A stretch of DNA of 64,000 bases from Mobula hypostoma (taxonomy: Eukaryota). A program made the translations under genes and the position numbers. The DNA is taken from the NCBI RefSeq assembly GCF_963921235.1, contig NC_086108.1, forward strand, positions 116,438,001 to 116,502,000. Reading direction: 5' to 3'. The notes beneath the pieces are model-generated. The model was given only the letters and a program-made list of their open reading frames with translations, made no database searches and was not told the origin of the DNA. Shown here piece by piece: positions 11,150-24,743 of this stretch (position 1 is the stretch's first letter; every line of letters begins with the position of its first letter).

Positions 11150-14020
11150 CCCACATGGTTAAGAAGGCATACGGTGCATTGGCCTTCATCAATCGTGGGA
11201 TTGAGTTTAAGAGCCGAGAGATAATGTTGCAGTTATACAGGATCCTGGTCAGATCCCACCCGGAGTACTGTGCTCAGTTCTGGTCACCACATTACAGGAA
11301 GGACTTGGAAACCATAGAAAGGGTGCAGAGAAGATTTATATAACTATACAGGTATAACCATGTAACGATTACAGCACGGAAACAGGCCATCTCAGCCCTT
11401 TTAGTCTGTGCCAAACTCTTACTCTCACCTAGTTCCATGACCTGCTCTCTGCCCATAACCCTCCATCTCTTTCCTGTCCATACAGCTGTCCAATTTAATT
11501 TTAAATGACAACATCGAACCTGCCTCAACCACTTCTGCTGGAAGCTCGTTCCACACAGCTACCATTCTGTGAGTAAAGAGGTTCCCCCTCATGCTACCCC
11601 TAAACTTTTGTCCTTTAACTGTCAACTCATGTCCTCTTGTTTGAATCTTCCCCACGCTCAATGGAAAAAGCCTATCCACGTCAACTCTATCTATCCCTCC
11701 TCATAATTTTAAATACCTCTATCAAGTCTCCCCTCGACCTTCTACGTTCCAAAGAATCAAGACCAAACTTGTTCAACCTTTCTCTGTAACTCAGGTGATG
11801 AAACCCTGGTAACATTCTAGTAAATCTTCTCTGTACTCTCTATATTTTGTTGACATCTTTCCTATAATTCGGTGATGAAAACTGTACACAATACTCCAAA
11901 TTTGTTCTCACCAATGCCTTGTACAATTTCAACATTACATCCCAACTCCTTTACTCAATGCTCTGATTTATAAAGACCAGCATACCAAAAGCTTTCTTCA
12001 CCACCCTATCCACATGAGATTCCACCTTCAGGGAACTATGCACCATTATTCCTAGATCCCTCTGTTCTACTGCATTCTTCAATGCTACTATTTACAATCT
12101 ATTTCCTATTTTGATTTGTCCTACCAAAATGTAGCACCTCACATTTATCAGCATTAAACTCCATCTGCCATCTTTCAGCCCAGTCTTCTAACTGGCCTAA
12201 ATCTCTCTGCAACCTTTGAAAACCTACTTCATTATCCACAACTCCACCTATATTAGTATCATCTGCATTCTTACTCATCCAATTTAGCACCCCATCATCC
12301 AGATCATTAATGTATATGACAAATAACATTGGACCCAGTACAGACCCCTGAGGCACACCACTAGTCACCGACCTCCAATCTGACAAACAGTTATCCACCA
12401 CTACTCTCTGGCATCTCCCATCCAGCCACTGCTGAATCCATTTTACTATTTCAATATTAGTACCTAACGATTGAACCTTCCTAACCAACCTTCCATATGG
12501 GACCTTGTCAAAGGCCTTACTGAAGTCCATATAGATAAAATCCACCGCTTTACCCTTGTCAACTTTCCTAGTAACCTCTTCAAAAAATTCATTAAGATTT
12601 GTCAAACATGACCTTCCATGAACAAATCCATGTTGACTGTTACTAATCAGACCCTGTCTATCCAGATAATTATATATACCATCTCTAAGAATACTTTCCA
12701 TCAATTTACCCACCACTGACATCAAACTCACAGACCAATAATTGCTAGGTTTACTCTTAGAACCCTTTTTAAACAATGGAACAACATGAGCAATATGCCA
12801 ATCCTCCGGCACCGTCCCCGTTTCTAATGACATTTGAAATATTTCTGTCAGAGCCCCTGCTATTTCCACACTAACTTCCCTCAAGGTCCTAGGGAATATC
12901 CTGTTAGGACCCAGAGAATTATCCACTTTCATATTCCTTAAAAGCTCCAGTACTTCCTCTTCTTTAATCATCATAGTTTCCATAACCTCCCTACCTGTTT
13001 CCCTTATCTTACACAATTCAATATCCTTCTCCTTAGTGAATACCGAAGAAAAGAAATAGTTGAAAATCTCCCCCATCTCTTTTGGCTCCGCACATAGCCG
13101 TCCACTCTAATTCTCTAAGGGACCAATTTTATCCCTCACTATCCTTTTGCTATTTATATAACTGTAGAAACCCTTTGGATTTATCTTCACCGTACTTGCT
13201 AAAGCTGCCTCGTATCTTCTTTTAGCTTTTCTAATTTCTTTCTTATGATTCTTTTTACATTCTTTATATTCCTCAAGCACCTCATTTACTGCATGCTACC
13301 TATATTTATTGTAGATATCCCTCTTATTCCAAACTGAATTTCCAATATCCCTTGAAAACCATGGCTCACTCAAACGTTTAACCTTTCCCTTCAACCTAAC
13401 AGGAACATAAAGATTCTGTACTCTCAAAATTTCACCTTTAAATGACCTCCATTTTTCTATTGCATTCTTCCTATAAAACAATTTGTCCCAATCCACTCCT
13501 TCTAAATCCTTTTGCATCTCCTCAAAGTTAGCCTTTCTCCAATCAAACATCTCAACCCTGGGTCCAGTCCTATCAAGGATGTTGCCTGGATTGGGGAGCA
13601 TGCCTTGTGAGAATAGGTTGAGTGAACTTGGTCTTTTCTCCTTGGATCGACAGAGGATGAGAGGTGACCTGATAGAGGTGTATAAGATGATGAGAGGCAT
13701 TGATCATGTGGACAGTCACAGGCTTTTTTCCAGGGCTGAAATGGCTAGCACGAGAGGGCACAGTATTAAGGTGCTTGGAAACAGGTACAGAGGAGATGTT
13801 AGGGGTAAGTTTTTTACGCAGAGAGTGGTGAGTGCGTGGAATGGGCTGCCGGCGACGGCGGATACGATAGGGTCTTTTAAGAGACTTCTGGATAGGTACA
13901 TGGAGTTTAGAAAAATAGAGGGCTATGGGTAAGCCTAGTTAGTTCCAAGGTAGGGACATGTTCGGCACAGCTTTGTGGGCCGAAGGGCCTGTATTGTGCT
14001 GTAGGTTTTCTATGTTTCTA
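11150..14020 (+). mobile_element. CR1 3' portion (11150-11342 and 13573-14020) split by an antiparallel CR1
   Basis: ORF 11155 ends ...ERVQRRF and the reading resumes at 13573 as RMLPGLGSMP...; TTTCTATG tail. Confidence 0.9.
11345..13572 (-). mobile_element. 5'-truncated CR1 LINE with disrupted ORF2 reverse transcriptase
   Basis: ORF 12099..13076: [30 protein letters not shown]; same lineage as 40675-44150. Confidence 0.95.
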
Positions 14021-16246
14021 TCTCCCAGGATACATTGGAACAGGCCTCGGAGATCTATCCACCTTAATATGTTTTAAGACTATCAGTACTGCTTTTTTGA
14101 TGTAATCTGGATATGTTCCAATATATTGCTATTTATTTCCACGAATTCCCCAGCTTCCATAATCTTCTCTACAGTAAATACATATGAGCAATATTAATTT
14201 AGGACCTCGCCCATCTCTTGTGGCTGCACGTATAGTCGCCCAGATTGATCGTTAAATTATGGGGAAATGTCGGCAAATCGGACTCGCTGGGACTGGCGCT
14301 GGATTGAGAACATTTGAGACTTTACTGATGCCGTCGATCATCCCTCGGCACTGCCCTACTAAACTCACTCTCTCCCCTCACGCATTCTCCATTTCCTGAC
14401 TGTGACTTGAATCTCCATCCGGACATTTGTCATCAGCTCGTTCATCTGTTTTATTCCAACGCTGAGTTCTTTACCTTCCGGGGAGGGTTAGAACTGATTC
14501 CGCAGCCTCTTACACTCACAGACAACACTGTCGCTCAGCAGAATGAAGGGGGGGGGGGGGTAGTTTCTTTCCGCAAGAAAAAAGAGAGAGTGGCGGAATA
14601 TTCGACAGCGTGGCGCCAATACTCTCCGGAAAGTCGACACCATCCAGGTCAAAGCAGTCCACGCAGTCGGCACCCAAACACCCCAAGCACTTCCCATCCC
14701 ACCCGCTACCCAGGAAACACACCCTGCCTCCACCCTCTAAACACTCCTTCCCTACACCCTCTAAACACTCCCTCCCTCCGCCCTTTAAACACCTCTTCCC
14801 AACACCCTCTAACCATTCCCTCCCTCCAAAATCCATTCTCCCTTCACCCTCTAAACATTCCCTCCATTCCCTCCCTCCACCATCTAAACACTCCTTCCCT
14901 ACATCCTCTAAGCATTACCTACCTGCACCCTCTACACTCCCTTCCACCAACCTCTAAACACCCCCTCCCTCCAGCCTCTAAGCACTCTACCTTGCACCCT
15001 CAAACCACTCCCTACACCCTCAAAACAGCCACTCCCTACACTCGCTAAACACTCCCTCCACCCTCTAAACACAACCTACATCATCTGAACACTTTCTCCC
15101 TCCACCCTCTAAACATTCCCTACCTGCACCCTCTACACTCCCTCCCACCAGCCTCTAAACACCTCCTCCCTCTAACCTCTGAGGACTCCCTCCCTACACC
15201 CTCAAACCCTACACGCTCTAAACAGTCTATCCATCCACACTGCAGAACACTCCCTCCTTCCACCCTCTAAACACTCTCTCGCTCCACCCTCTAAACACTC
15301 CCTCCCTCCACTGTCTAAAGACTTCCATCCTTCACCCTTGAACCTTTCCCTTCCTCCAACTTCTAAACACTCACACTCTCCACACTGAAAACACTCCCTC
15401 CTTCCACACTGCAAAATGCTCCCTCTACTCTCTCAACACACCCTTCCTCCATCCTCTAAAACAGCATCTCTCCAACCTTCCAAACACTTTCACCCTCCAC
15501 CCTCAAATACCCTCTCCCTCCACCGTCTAAGCACACTCTCCTTTCACCCTCTAAACACCTCATTCCTCCACTCTGCAAACAACCTGTGCCTCCACCCTCT
15601 AAGCACTCCCACCATTCTCTGAATACCCTCTCCGTCCAACGTCTGAAAACTCCCTCCCTCAACTGTCATAGGGGAGATGCTGATTCTGGGCTTGGACCCC
15701 AGAACTAAGCAAGGACATGACATGGCTACAGGAGAGGATGTGGCAGGGGTCTAGAGGCTTGGGGCTGCAGACTGCGGTCTTGGGTCTTGGGTCTTGGGGT
15801 TTGAGGCCAGGGTCTTGTGTCTTGTGTCTTGCGTCTTGAGGCTTGAGGCCGGGGTCTTGGGTCTTGAGGTTTGGGGCTTGAGGCCGGGGTCTTGGGTCTT
15901 GGGTCTTGGGGCTTGAGGCCAGGGTCTTGGGTCTTGGGTCTTGGGGTTTGAGGCCGGGATCTTGGGTCTTGAGTCTTGGGTCTTGAGGCTTGAGGCTGGG
16001 GCCTTGTGTCTTGGGTCTTGGGTCTTGAGGCTTGAGGCTTGAGGCCGGGGCCTTGTGTGTTGGGCAATGTTCCCTCTAATTTTTAGTAGTCAGTGTGTGC
16101 AAAAATCTTACGTTGTGCAAATTTTTTTCCTGTGACAAAAGTATGTGCGCACTGAATGCACACATGGGGCAGTTTATGTAGGTTTACAAAATACTTGGCA
16201 TAAAACTGCACAGAATAACAACAAAATAACATAGATATTTAAGTCA

Positions 16247-18003
16247 CACACAAAAAATGCTGGTGAACACAGCAGGCCAGGCAGCATCTATAGGAAGAGG
16301 TACAGTCGATGTTTCGGACTAACTGAAAGAAGAGATAGTAAGAGATCTGAAAGTGGGAGATCCGAAATGATAAAGTTGATTGGCAAAAGGGATACAAGGC
16401 TGGAGAAGGGAGAGGATCATGGAATGGGAGGCCTAGGGAGAAAGAAATCAGGAGGGGGGAAGCCCAGAGGATGGGCAAGATGTTATAGAAACATAGAAAC
16501 ATAGAAAATAGGTGCAGGAGTAGGCCATTCGGCCCTTTGAGCCTGCACCGCCATTTATTATGATCATGGCTGATCATCCAACTCAGAACCCCGCCCCAGC
16601 CTTCCCTCCATACCCCTTGACCCCTGTAGCCACAAGGGCCATATCTAACTCCCTCTTAAACATAGCCAATGAACTGGCCTCAACAGTTTGCTGTGGCAGA
16701 GAATTCCACAGATTCACCACTCTCTGTGTGAAGAAGTTTTTCCTAATCTCGGTCCTAAAAGGCTTCCCCTCTATCCTCAAACTGTGACCCCTCGTTCTGG
16801 ACTTCCCCAACATCGGGAACAATCTTCCTGCATCTAGCCTGTCCAATCCCTTTAGGATCTTATACGTTTCACTCAGATCCCCCCTCAATCTTCTAAATTC
16901 CAACGAGTACAAGCCCAGTTCATCCAGTCTTTCTTCATATGAAAGTCCTACCATCCCAGGAATCAATCTGGTGAACCTTCTTTGTACTCCCTCTATGGCA
17001 AAGATGTCTTTCCTCAGATTAGTGGACCAAAACTGCACACAATACTCCAGGTGTGGTCTCACCAAGGCCTTGTACAACTGCAGTAGTACCTCCCTGCTCC
17101 TGTACTCGAATCCTCTCGCTATAAATGCCAGCATACCATTCGCCTTTTTCACCGCCTGCTGTACCTGCATGCCCACTTTCAATGACTGGTGTACAATGAC
17201 ACCCAGGTCTCGTTGCACCTCCCCTTTTCCTAATCGGCCACCATTCAGATAATAATCTGTTTTCCTATTTTTGCCACCAAAGTGGATAACTTCACATTTA
17301 TCCACATTAAATTGCATCTGCCATGAGTTTGCCCACTCACCCAACCTATCCAAGTCACCCTGCATCCTCTTAGCATCCTCCTCACTGCTAACACTGCCGC
17401 CCAGCTTCGTGTCATCCGCAAACTTGGAGATGCTGCATTTAATTCCCTCATCCAAGTCATTAATATATATTGTAAACAACTGGGGTCCCAGCACTGAGCC
17501 TTGCGGTACCCCACTAGTCACCGCCTGTCATTCTGAAAAGGTCCCGTTTATTCCCACTCTTTGCTTCCTGTCTACTAACCAATTCTCCACCCACACCAAT
17601 ACCTTACCCCCAATACCGTGTGCTTTAAGTTTGCACACTAATCTCCTGTGTGGGACCTTGTCAAAAGCCTTTTGAAAATCCAAATATACCACATCCACTG
17701 GTTCTCCCCTATCCACTCTACTAGTTACATCCTCAAAAAATTCTATGAGATTCGTCAGACATGATTTTCCTTTCACAAATCCATGCTGATTTTGTCCGAT
17801 CATTTCTCCGCTTTCCAAATGTTATATTTAGAGGGACAGAGGGAGAAAAAAAGAGAGAAAAAAAGGGGAAAGAAAAAAAATCATAATAATGATAATAATA
17901 AATAAATAAATAAGGGATGGGGTACGAAGGGGAGGAGGGGCATTAACGGAAGTTAGAGCAGTCAATATTCAAGCCATCAGGTTGGAGATATTTAATTTTT
18001 ACC
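16247..18003 (-). mobile_element. Penelope-like element 3' end, split by a CR1
   Basis: Minus-strand LQPDGLNIDCSNFR* at about 17943-17987; pLTR motifs at 16245-16320; flanking duplication ATATTTAAGTCA at 16235-16246 and 18004-18015. Confidence 0.8.
16488..17818 (-). mobile_element. Young 5'-truncated CR1 (family A) with 8-bp TSD ATGTTATA
   Basis: ORF 16583..17521 is an uninterrupted RT C-terminal half; (TTTCTATG)n tail; TSD at 16480-16487 and 17819-17826. Confidence 0.95.
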
Positions 18004-18029
18004 ATATTTAAGTCAGTTATTTTTTCTCT

Positions 18030-18885
18030 CTCTTGACTTTGGCATTTACCCATTCTTTGTAAGCTCTATTTCGACTAATAGAACTTCCATTGCATTGATA
18101 GGTTTTGATTCTCATTAACATATCCAAATGACATTCACCTAAACGGTTTCTCAGCTTGTTTTTGTGTTGATTCATTAGGCTAAAACCTCACTCACAGTCC
18201 GCACTAGATGCAAGAAAGGTTCCCCAGTGTCCATCAACTGTGCAAGGTCGCAAAACTGTTCCTTTTGAAGTACAAATGCCACCATTTGAGAAAAGTTTGA
18301 AATTGGTTTGGATTTAATATTTTTCTTGCACGGAAGATTTGAAATCATTAAACTGTCTAACTATTACAATATTTTCAGCTAGAAAATCATGATATTTTAG
18401 ACATAAGGCAATAACTTATCACCAAATGTGAAGTCACAATCTGCAATTGTGAAGAAATCAAAAGCTGACCATTCTTGTACCTCAACTTTGATCTCCTCTG
18501 GGTTTGATCGTTTTCACTCTCGATCATCTGCACTCAACCGTGACATATGTAGCACTCCTGTAACGGGTAATGATGGGTTCTGTTGCCTGAGCTTTTGTAC
18601 ACTGTCCAACTGCGATTTACTTGCCAAATGACGCTTCAAGAAGTCAAGTTTCCAAATATCATCCCATTTCTTTCCACTAGCAAATTCTCCAGCAACTTTC
18701 GCAACACAATACAAACAGACAACTCCAGTTTCCGAATCATACATAAATATTCCTCATAGCTGAACGTTCATGACCTCATGAGCTTTCGGTGTAACAGTTT
18801 CTACTATTTTGTTAAGCCATTCAACTTTAAACAAATTTGCAGTTCTTTTGCGCTTCACGCCCTTCACCTCTTTTGAATTTGACAT
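18030..18885 (-). pseudogene. hAT transposase remnant: N-terminal zinc-finger region joined to the C-terminal dimerisation motif
   Basis: MSNSKEVKGVKRKRTANLFKVEWL...VCLYC...LKRHLASKS and FLASSADCE*GFSLMNQHKNKLRNRL (hATC-like motif); catalytic core not seen. Confidence 0.8.
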
Positions 18886-21821
18886 AGTGAATCAATATTT
18901 TTTCCAATAAAAACTTAGTAAGCTACCTACAGGATTTGAAACAGATCTTTGTAAACTTTACGATATGAACACTGTCCACCAAAGATGGCTGCTGCCGTGA
19001 TGCAGCTGTACAAACCGGAACAGGACAGGTGAGGTGACGTAAATTAGTGACGTGCATTGTGGTATTTGAAAAACTGACTAACTAGTTAACAGAAACAGTT
19101 AGCTAAAAGATTATTTTCAATAAGTATAATTATTAACTACTACATTATTTTAGGTAACTAACCTTTTGTGCACACATTAATTTCCATTTTGTGCTGTTTG
19201 AAAAACGTGTGTGCGCGCGCACACATGCACAGCTTGGAGGGACCTATTTTCTTGGGTCTTGGATCTTGAGGCCGGGGCTTTGTGTCTTGTGTCTTGGCTC
19301 GTGAGTCTTGAGGCTTAATCCGGGGACTTGTGTCTTGGGTCTTGGGTCTTGAGGCTTGAGGCTGGAGGCTGGGGTCTTGAAATGCGGAGGCAGATAACTC
19401 AGAGGGTGGAGCTCAGAGACAGACTGGGAACTGAACATCAACATAGAGCCTGGACTTATCCTACGAAAAGTCGGGACTCATCTTTATCTCCACACCAAGG
19501 TGGGGCAGGTCCATCCATCGGGTAACAGTAGAACGGCCTGAATTACCCCACCGAGGAAGGGACAAGACAAGACAGATCCCCCCGCAGGGCAACGGCAGAA
19601 TGACCTGACTTACCCCACGAAGGCAAGGACAAGAAGAGACAAATACCAAAGAAAGACAGACAGTACCATCTCTGCATCGGGGTTGCTCTGAGTCGCAGTT
19701 ACGGCCAGCAAATTTGGCTGGCTACAGAAACAGCCGGATCCCTACCTAGCTCGGAGTGGCTCACGGCCACTCAACTGGCCCGGGAAACAGCCAAATCCAT
19801 ACCACAAAGACAGCTCTGACTACCGACAGCAAGGCTCCATGAAGCGATGGTTCTCCAACGCAGCCTAAAGATGGCAATTGGCTGCTCTAGCCTTCCACCG
19901 GCAGGTTGCTCCTAGGGGATCTTGACAAGACAAACCAGCAGCCCACACTCAACCCCAAGGCTACTTATATTTCAAGCCCCAAGATGGGAATCAGGTGCCT
20001 ATGATTAACTCAACCAAAACAAGGGACAGCTAGATGACCCGGAGTCCTGAGTCCACAGACCGGACCGTGAACCGGAATGCAGACCTCACGGACCGGACCA
20101 TGACATCAACACTGTGGACATTCCCTCCACTCTCTAAACACTCTCAGCTTTAATTCTCTCAACACTCCCTCCTTCCACCCTCTAAACATCCAGTCTCTCC
20201 AACCTTTCAAACACTCACAACCTCCACCTTCTAAACACGCTCTGCCTCCACCCTCCTATCACTCTCTAAAACCCCTTCCTCCACCCTCTAAACACACCCT
20301 CCCTCCACTCACTGAATACTTTCCTTAAGCCCAATAATCACTTCTTCCCTACACCCACTAAACACTCTCGCTACACCGTCTAAACACTCCTCCACCCACA
20401 AAACACACCCTCCCCCACCCACTAGTCACCCCTCTCTAAGCCCAATAAACAACTCTTCCCTACACCTATTAAGCACTCCTTCACTCCACCCACTAATCTT
20501 TCCCTCCCTACACCCACTAAATAATCCTTCCTTACACGCGCTAAGCACTTTCTCCCTCTACCCTCCAAACACCCACTTCCTCTACCCTGTAAATGCCTCA
20601 ACCATCTAACTATTCCTTCTCTTCTCCCTCTAAATACACCCTCCTTCAACCCACTAAGGATCTTGTCCCTCCACCCTCCAACTATTCCCTCCAAATTCAA
20701 AATTGTCCCTCCCATCCACTAAACTCCACCACCCCCCAACTGCTATAGACCCTCGACCCTCTGAACACCTTCTCCCTCCACCATCTAAACTCACCTCCCT
20801 CTATCCAATAAACACCACCTTCCTCCAACCTCTACCATCTGAACACTCCCTCCCTCAACTCTCTAAACACTCCCACCTCCACTCTCTAAACATTTCCTTC
20901 CTCCACTCTCTAAACACTCACTCCTTCCACTCTCTAAACACTCCCCCACACCCTCTTAACACTCCCTCCCTAAACCCTCTAAACATCACCCACTAAACCC
21001 ACTCTTTCCACCCTTTATAAACACCCTCCCTCTACCCTCTAAACAACCCCTCCATTAACTGTCTAAACACACTCGCTCCATCCACTAAATACTCCCTCCC
21101 TACACCTAGAAAAACTCCCTCCCTCTACCCACTAATCACGCTCTTCCTATGCCCACTAAACAATCCTTCCCTACACCCTCTAGACACTCCCTCCCTCTAC
21201 ACTCTAAATACTCCCTCCCTCCTCCCTCCAAACACCTACTCCCTCTATCCCCTAAAGTCCCTCAACCCTCTAACTATTCCCTCCCATCTCCCTCCACCCA
21301 CTAAGGAAATTCACCCTCCACCCTCTAAGTATTCCCTCCTCCCTCTAAACACACATCCCTGCACCCTCAAAACACTGTCCAACCTCTAAAGTCCCACCTG
21401 CCACCCTCTAAACACTCTCTCCCTCTATCCTCTAGACACTTAACCAGCGAAAGAATCCCTCTCTTCTCCAACTAAAAAGCCTTTCACTCCACACTCTAAG
21501 CACTCCCTCCATCCATCTAATTAACACTCCCTCCCTATTTCCTCTAAACATCTCCTGCCTATACACTCTAAACATTCTCTCCCCCAACCTCTAAATGCTC
21601 CCTCTTCCATCTGCTAAACACTGCCTCCCTCCAACCACTGAAGACCTTCTATACTCTAAACATTCCCTCCCTCCACCATTTCAGTTCACCTCCCTCCACC
21701 CTCTACAGACCATCTACCATCTGAATACCACCCCCCTTCATTATTTAAACAAATTCTTCCCCCACCTTCTAAACACATTCTCCCTCCACCCTCTAAACAC
21801 ACTCTCCCTCCACCCTCTAAG

Positions 21822-24590
21822 TTGCAGCCAGCAGGCTGAGTATCAAATCATGAGGGATGCAGAAACAGAAAGGACAGCAAATATGATACTCAAGATGTTG
21901 TATCTAAATGCACGTAGTATAACAAATAAGGTGAATGATCTTGTTGCAATATTACAGATTGCCAGCTATGATGTTGAGGCCAACACTGAATTGTGGCTGA
22001 AGGATGGTTGTAGTTGGGAGCTGAATGTCCAAGGTTACACGTTGTATCAGAGGGATAGGAAGGTAGGCAGAGGGGCTGGCATGGCTCTGCTGGTACAGAA
22101 TGGCATCAAATCAGTAGAAAGATGTGACATAGGATTGGAAGATGTTGAATCCTTCTGGATTGAGTTAAGAAACTGCCAGGGTAAAAGGATGTTGATGGCA
22201 GTTACATGCAGGTCTCCCAACAGTGGACCACAGGTTACAATAGGAAATAGAAAAGCAGAGTCAAATAGTCATAGGAGATTTTAACATGCAGGTAGATTGG
22301 GAAAATCAGGTTGGTAATGGATCTCAAGAGAGTGAGTTTGTTGAATGTCAAAGAGCTGGCTTTTCAGAGCAGTTTGTCGTTGAGCCTACTAGGGTATCAG
22401 TCATGCTGGATAGGGTGTTATGTAATGAACCAGAGGCAATTAGGGAGCTTAAGGTTAAAGAACCCTTAGGAACCAGTGATCACAATATGATTGAGTTCAA
22501 CTTGAAATCTGATAGTGAGAAAGTAAAGTCTGATGTAGCAGTATTTCAGTGGAGTAAGGGAAGTTACAGTGGTATGAGAGACGAGTTGGCCAAAGAAAAT
22601 TGGAAGGAGCTGCTGGCAGGGATGTCAGCAGAGCAGCAATGGTGTGTGTTTTGGGAAAAATGAGGAAGGTGCAGGACATGTGTATTCCAAAAATGAAGAA
22701 ATACTCAAATGGTAAAATAGTACAACCATAGCTGATGAGGGAAGTCAAAGCTATTGTAAAAGAAAAAGAGAGGGCATTCAACAAAGCAAAAATTAGTGGG
22801 AAGATAGAGGCTTGGGAAGTTTTTAAAAACCTACAGAGAGCTACAAAAAAATCATTAAAAGGGAAAAGATGAAAAATGAAAGCAAACTAGCAAATAATAT
22901 CAAAGTGGATAGTAAAGGTTTTTTCAAGTATGTTAAAAATAAAAGAGAAATGAGAGTGGATATAGGACCGCTAGAAAGTGAGGGAGGAGAAATAATAATG
23001 GGGAACAAGGAGACAACTGATGATTTAAATGAGTATTTCGCGTCATTCTTCACTGTGGAAGACACGAGCAGTATACCTGATGTTGTAGTGTGTGAAGGAG
23101 GAGAAGTGGGTGCAGTTACTGTTACAAAAGAGAAGGTGCTCAAAAGCTGAAAGACCTAAAGGTACATAATTCACCCAGACGAGAGGAACTGCACCCTAGG
23201 GTTCTGAAAGAGGTAGCGTTAGAGATTGTGGTGGCATTAGAAATGATCCTTCAGAAATCGTTGCATTCTGGTGTGGTACAATAGGACTGAAAAATTGCAA
23301 ATATTACTCTACTCTTTAAGAAAGGAGGAAGGCAACAGAAAGATAATTATAGGCCAGTTAGCCTGACTTCAGTGGTTGGGAAGATGTTAGAATCAATTAT
23401 AAGGATGAGGTGATGGAGTACTTGGTGACACAGGACAAGATAAGACAAAGTGAGCATGGTTTCCTTCAGGGAAAATCCTGCTGGTCAAACCTGTTGGAAT
23501 TATTTGAGGAGATTACAAGTAGTATAGATAAAGGGATGCACTGGATGTTGTACATTTGAACTTTCAGAAAGCCTTTGCCAAGGTGCCACATATGAGGCTG
23601 CTTACCAAGTTAAGAGCCCATGGTATTACAGGAAAGTTACTAACATGGTTAGAGCATTGGCTGATGGGTAGGAGACAGCCAGTGGGAATAAAAGGATCCT
23701 TTTTTGGTTGGCTGCCAGTGACTAGTGGTGTTCCACAGAGGCTGGTGTTGGGACCACTTTTTTTTATGTTGTATATGGATGATTTAGATGATCGAATAGA
23801 TGGCTTTGTTGCCAAGTTTGCGGATGATATGAAGATTGGTGGAGGGGCAGGTAGTGTTGAGGAAACAGGTAGGATGCAGAAGGACTTAGACAGATTGGGA
23901 GATTGGACAAGAAAGTAGCAAATGAAATACAATGTTGGAAAATGCATGGTCACACACTTTTTGTATTCATTTCAATAGGTCTAGAATACAAGAGCAGAGA
24001 TGTGATGCTGAGGCTTTATAAGGAACTGGTGAGGCCTCACCTTGAGTATTGAGAACAGTCTGGGCCCCTCACCTTAGAAAAGATGTGCTGGCATTGGAGA
24101 GGGTCCAGAGGAGGTTCACAAGGATGATTCCAAGAATGATAGGGTTATCATACGAGGAACATTTGATGGTTCTGGGTCTGTACTCGCTGGAATTCAGAAG
24201 GATGAGGGGGGATCTCATTGAAACCTCTCCAATGTTTAAAGGCCGAGACAGAGTAGAGGTGGCAAAGATGTTTCCCATGGTGGGGGAGTCTAGGACAAGA
24301 GGGCACAGCCTCAGGATAGAGGGCACCCTTTCAAAACAGAGATGGGGTGAAATTTCTTCAGCCAAAGGGTGGTGAAATTGTGGAATTTGTTGCCACATGC
24401 AGCCAGAGCATTGGGTGTATTTAAGGCAGAGATTGATAGATTCTTAATTGGACATGGCATCAAAGGTTACAGGCAGAAGGCCAGGAACTGAAGTTGAGGA
24501 GGAGATAAAAAAAGGGATCAGTCATGATTGAATGGCGGAGCTGACTCGATGGGGCAGATGTCCTAATTCTGCTCCTATGTCTTATGGTCT
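21822..24590 (+). mobile_element. CR1 LINE spanning nearly all of ORF2 (APE endonuclease and RT), multiply disrupted
   Basis: LYLNARSI, SDHNMIEF, FQKAFAKVPH, SGVPQ, KFADD, VQRRFTR; TTATGGTC tail. Confidence 0.95.
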
Positions 24591-24743
24591 AAACACTCAT
24601 TCCACCCTCTAAACACTCTCTCCCTCCACCATCTAAAAAATCCATCCCTCCACCCCTCTAAACACTCCCTGTCTTGAACCTCTAAACACAGCCACCCCAC
24701 CCTTTAAACACTCCCTCCTTCTATCCTCTAAACACACCATCCA

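Larger units (their letters stand above)
16065..19248 (-). mobile_element. hAT-superfamily DNA transposon, internally deleted
   Basis: TIR CAATGTTCCCTCTAA / TTGGAGGGACCTATT; 8-bp flanks GTGTTGGG / TTCTTGGG; transposase relics inside. Confidence 0.8.
15664..20105 (-). mobile_element. Solo LTR (TGTCA...TGACA) with 5-bp TSD TCAAC and internal (GGTCTTG)n repeats, interrupted by a hAT element
   Basis: TCAAC at 15659-15663 and 20106-20110; the minus-strand start TGTCATGGTCCGG equals the start of the LTR at 42499. Confidence 0.85.

Noticed and set aside
14407..16067. Pro/His-rich and PQASRPKTQD repeat proteins
   Set aside because: Translations of the 24-bp satellite and the (GGTCTTG)n repeats
14690..21820. 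Interstitial telomere
   Set aside because: Unit is 24 bp with TTTAGAGGG, not tandem TTAGGG
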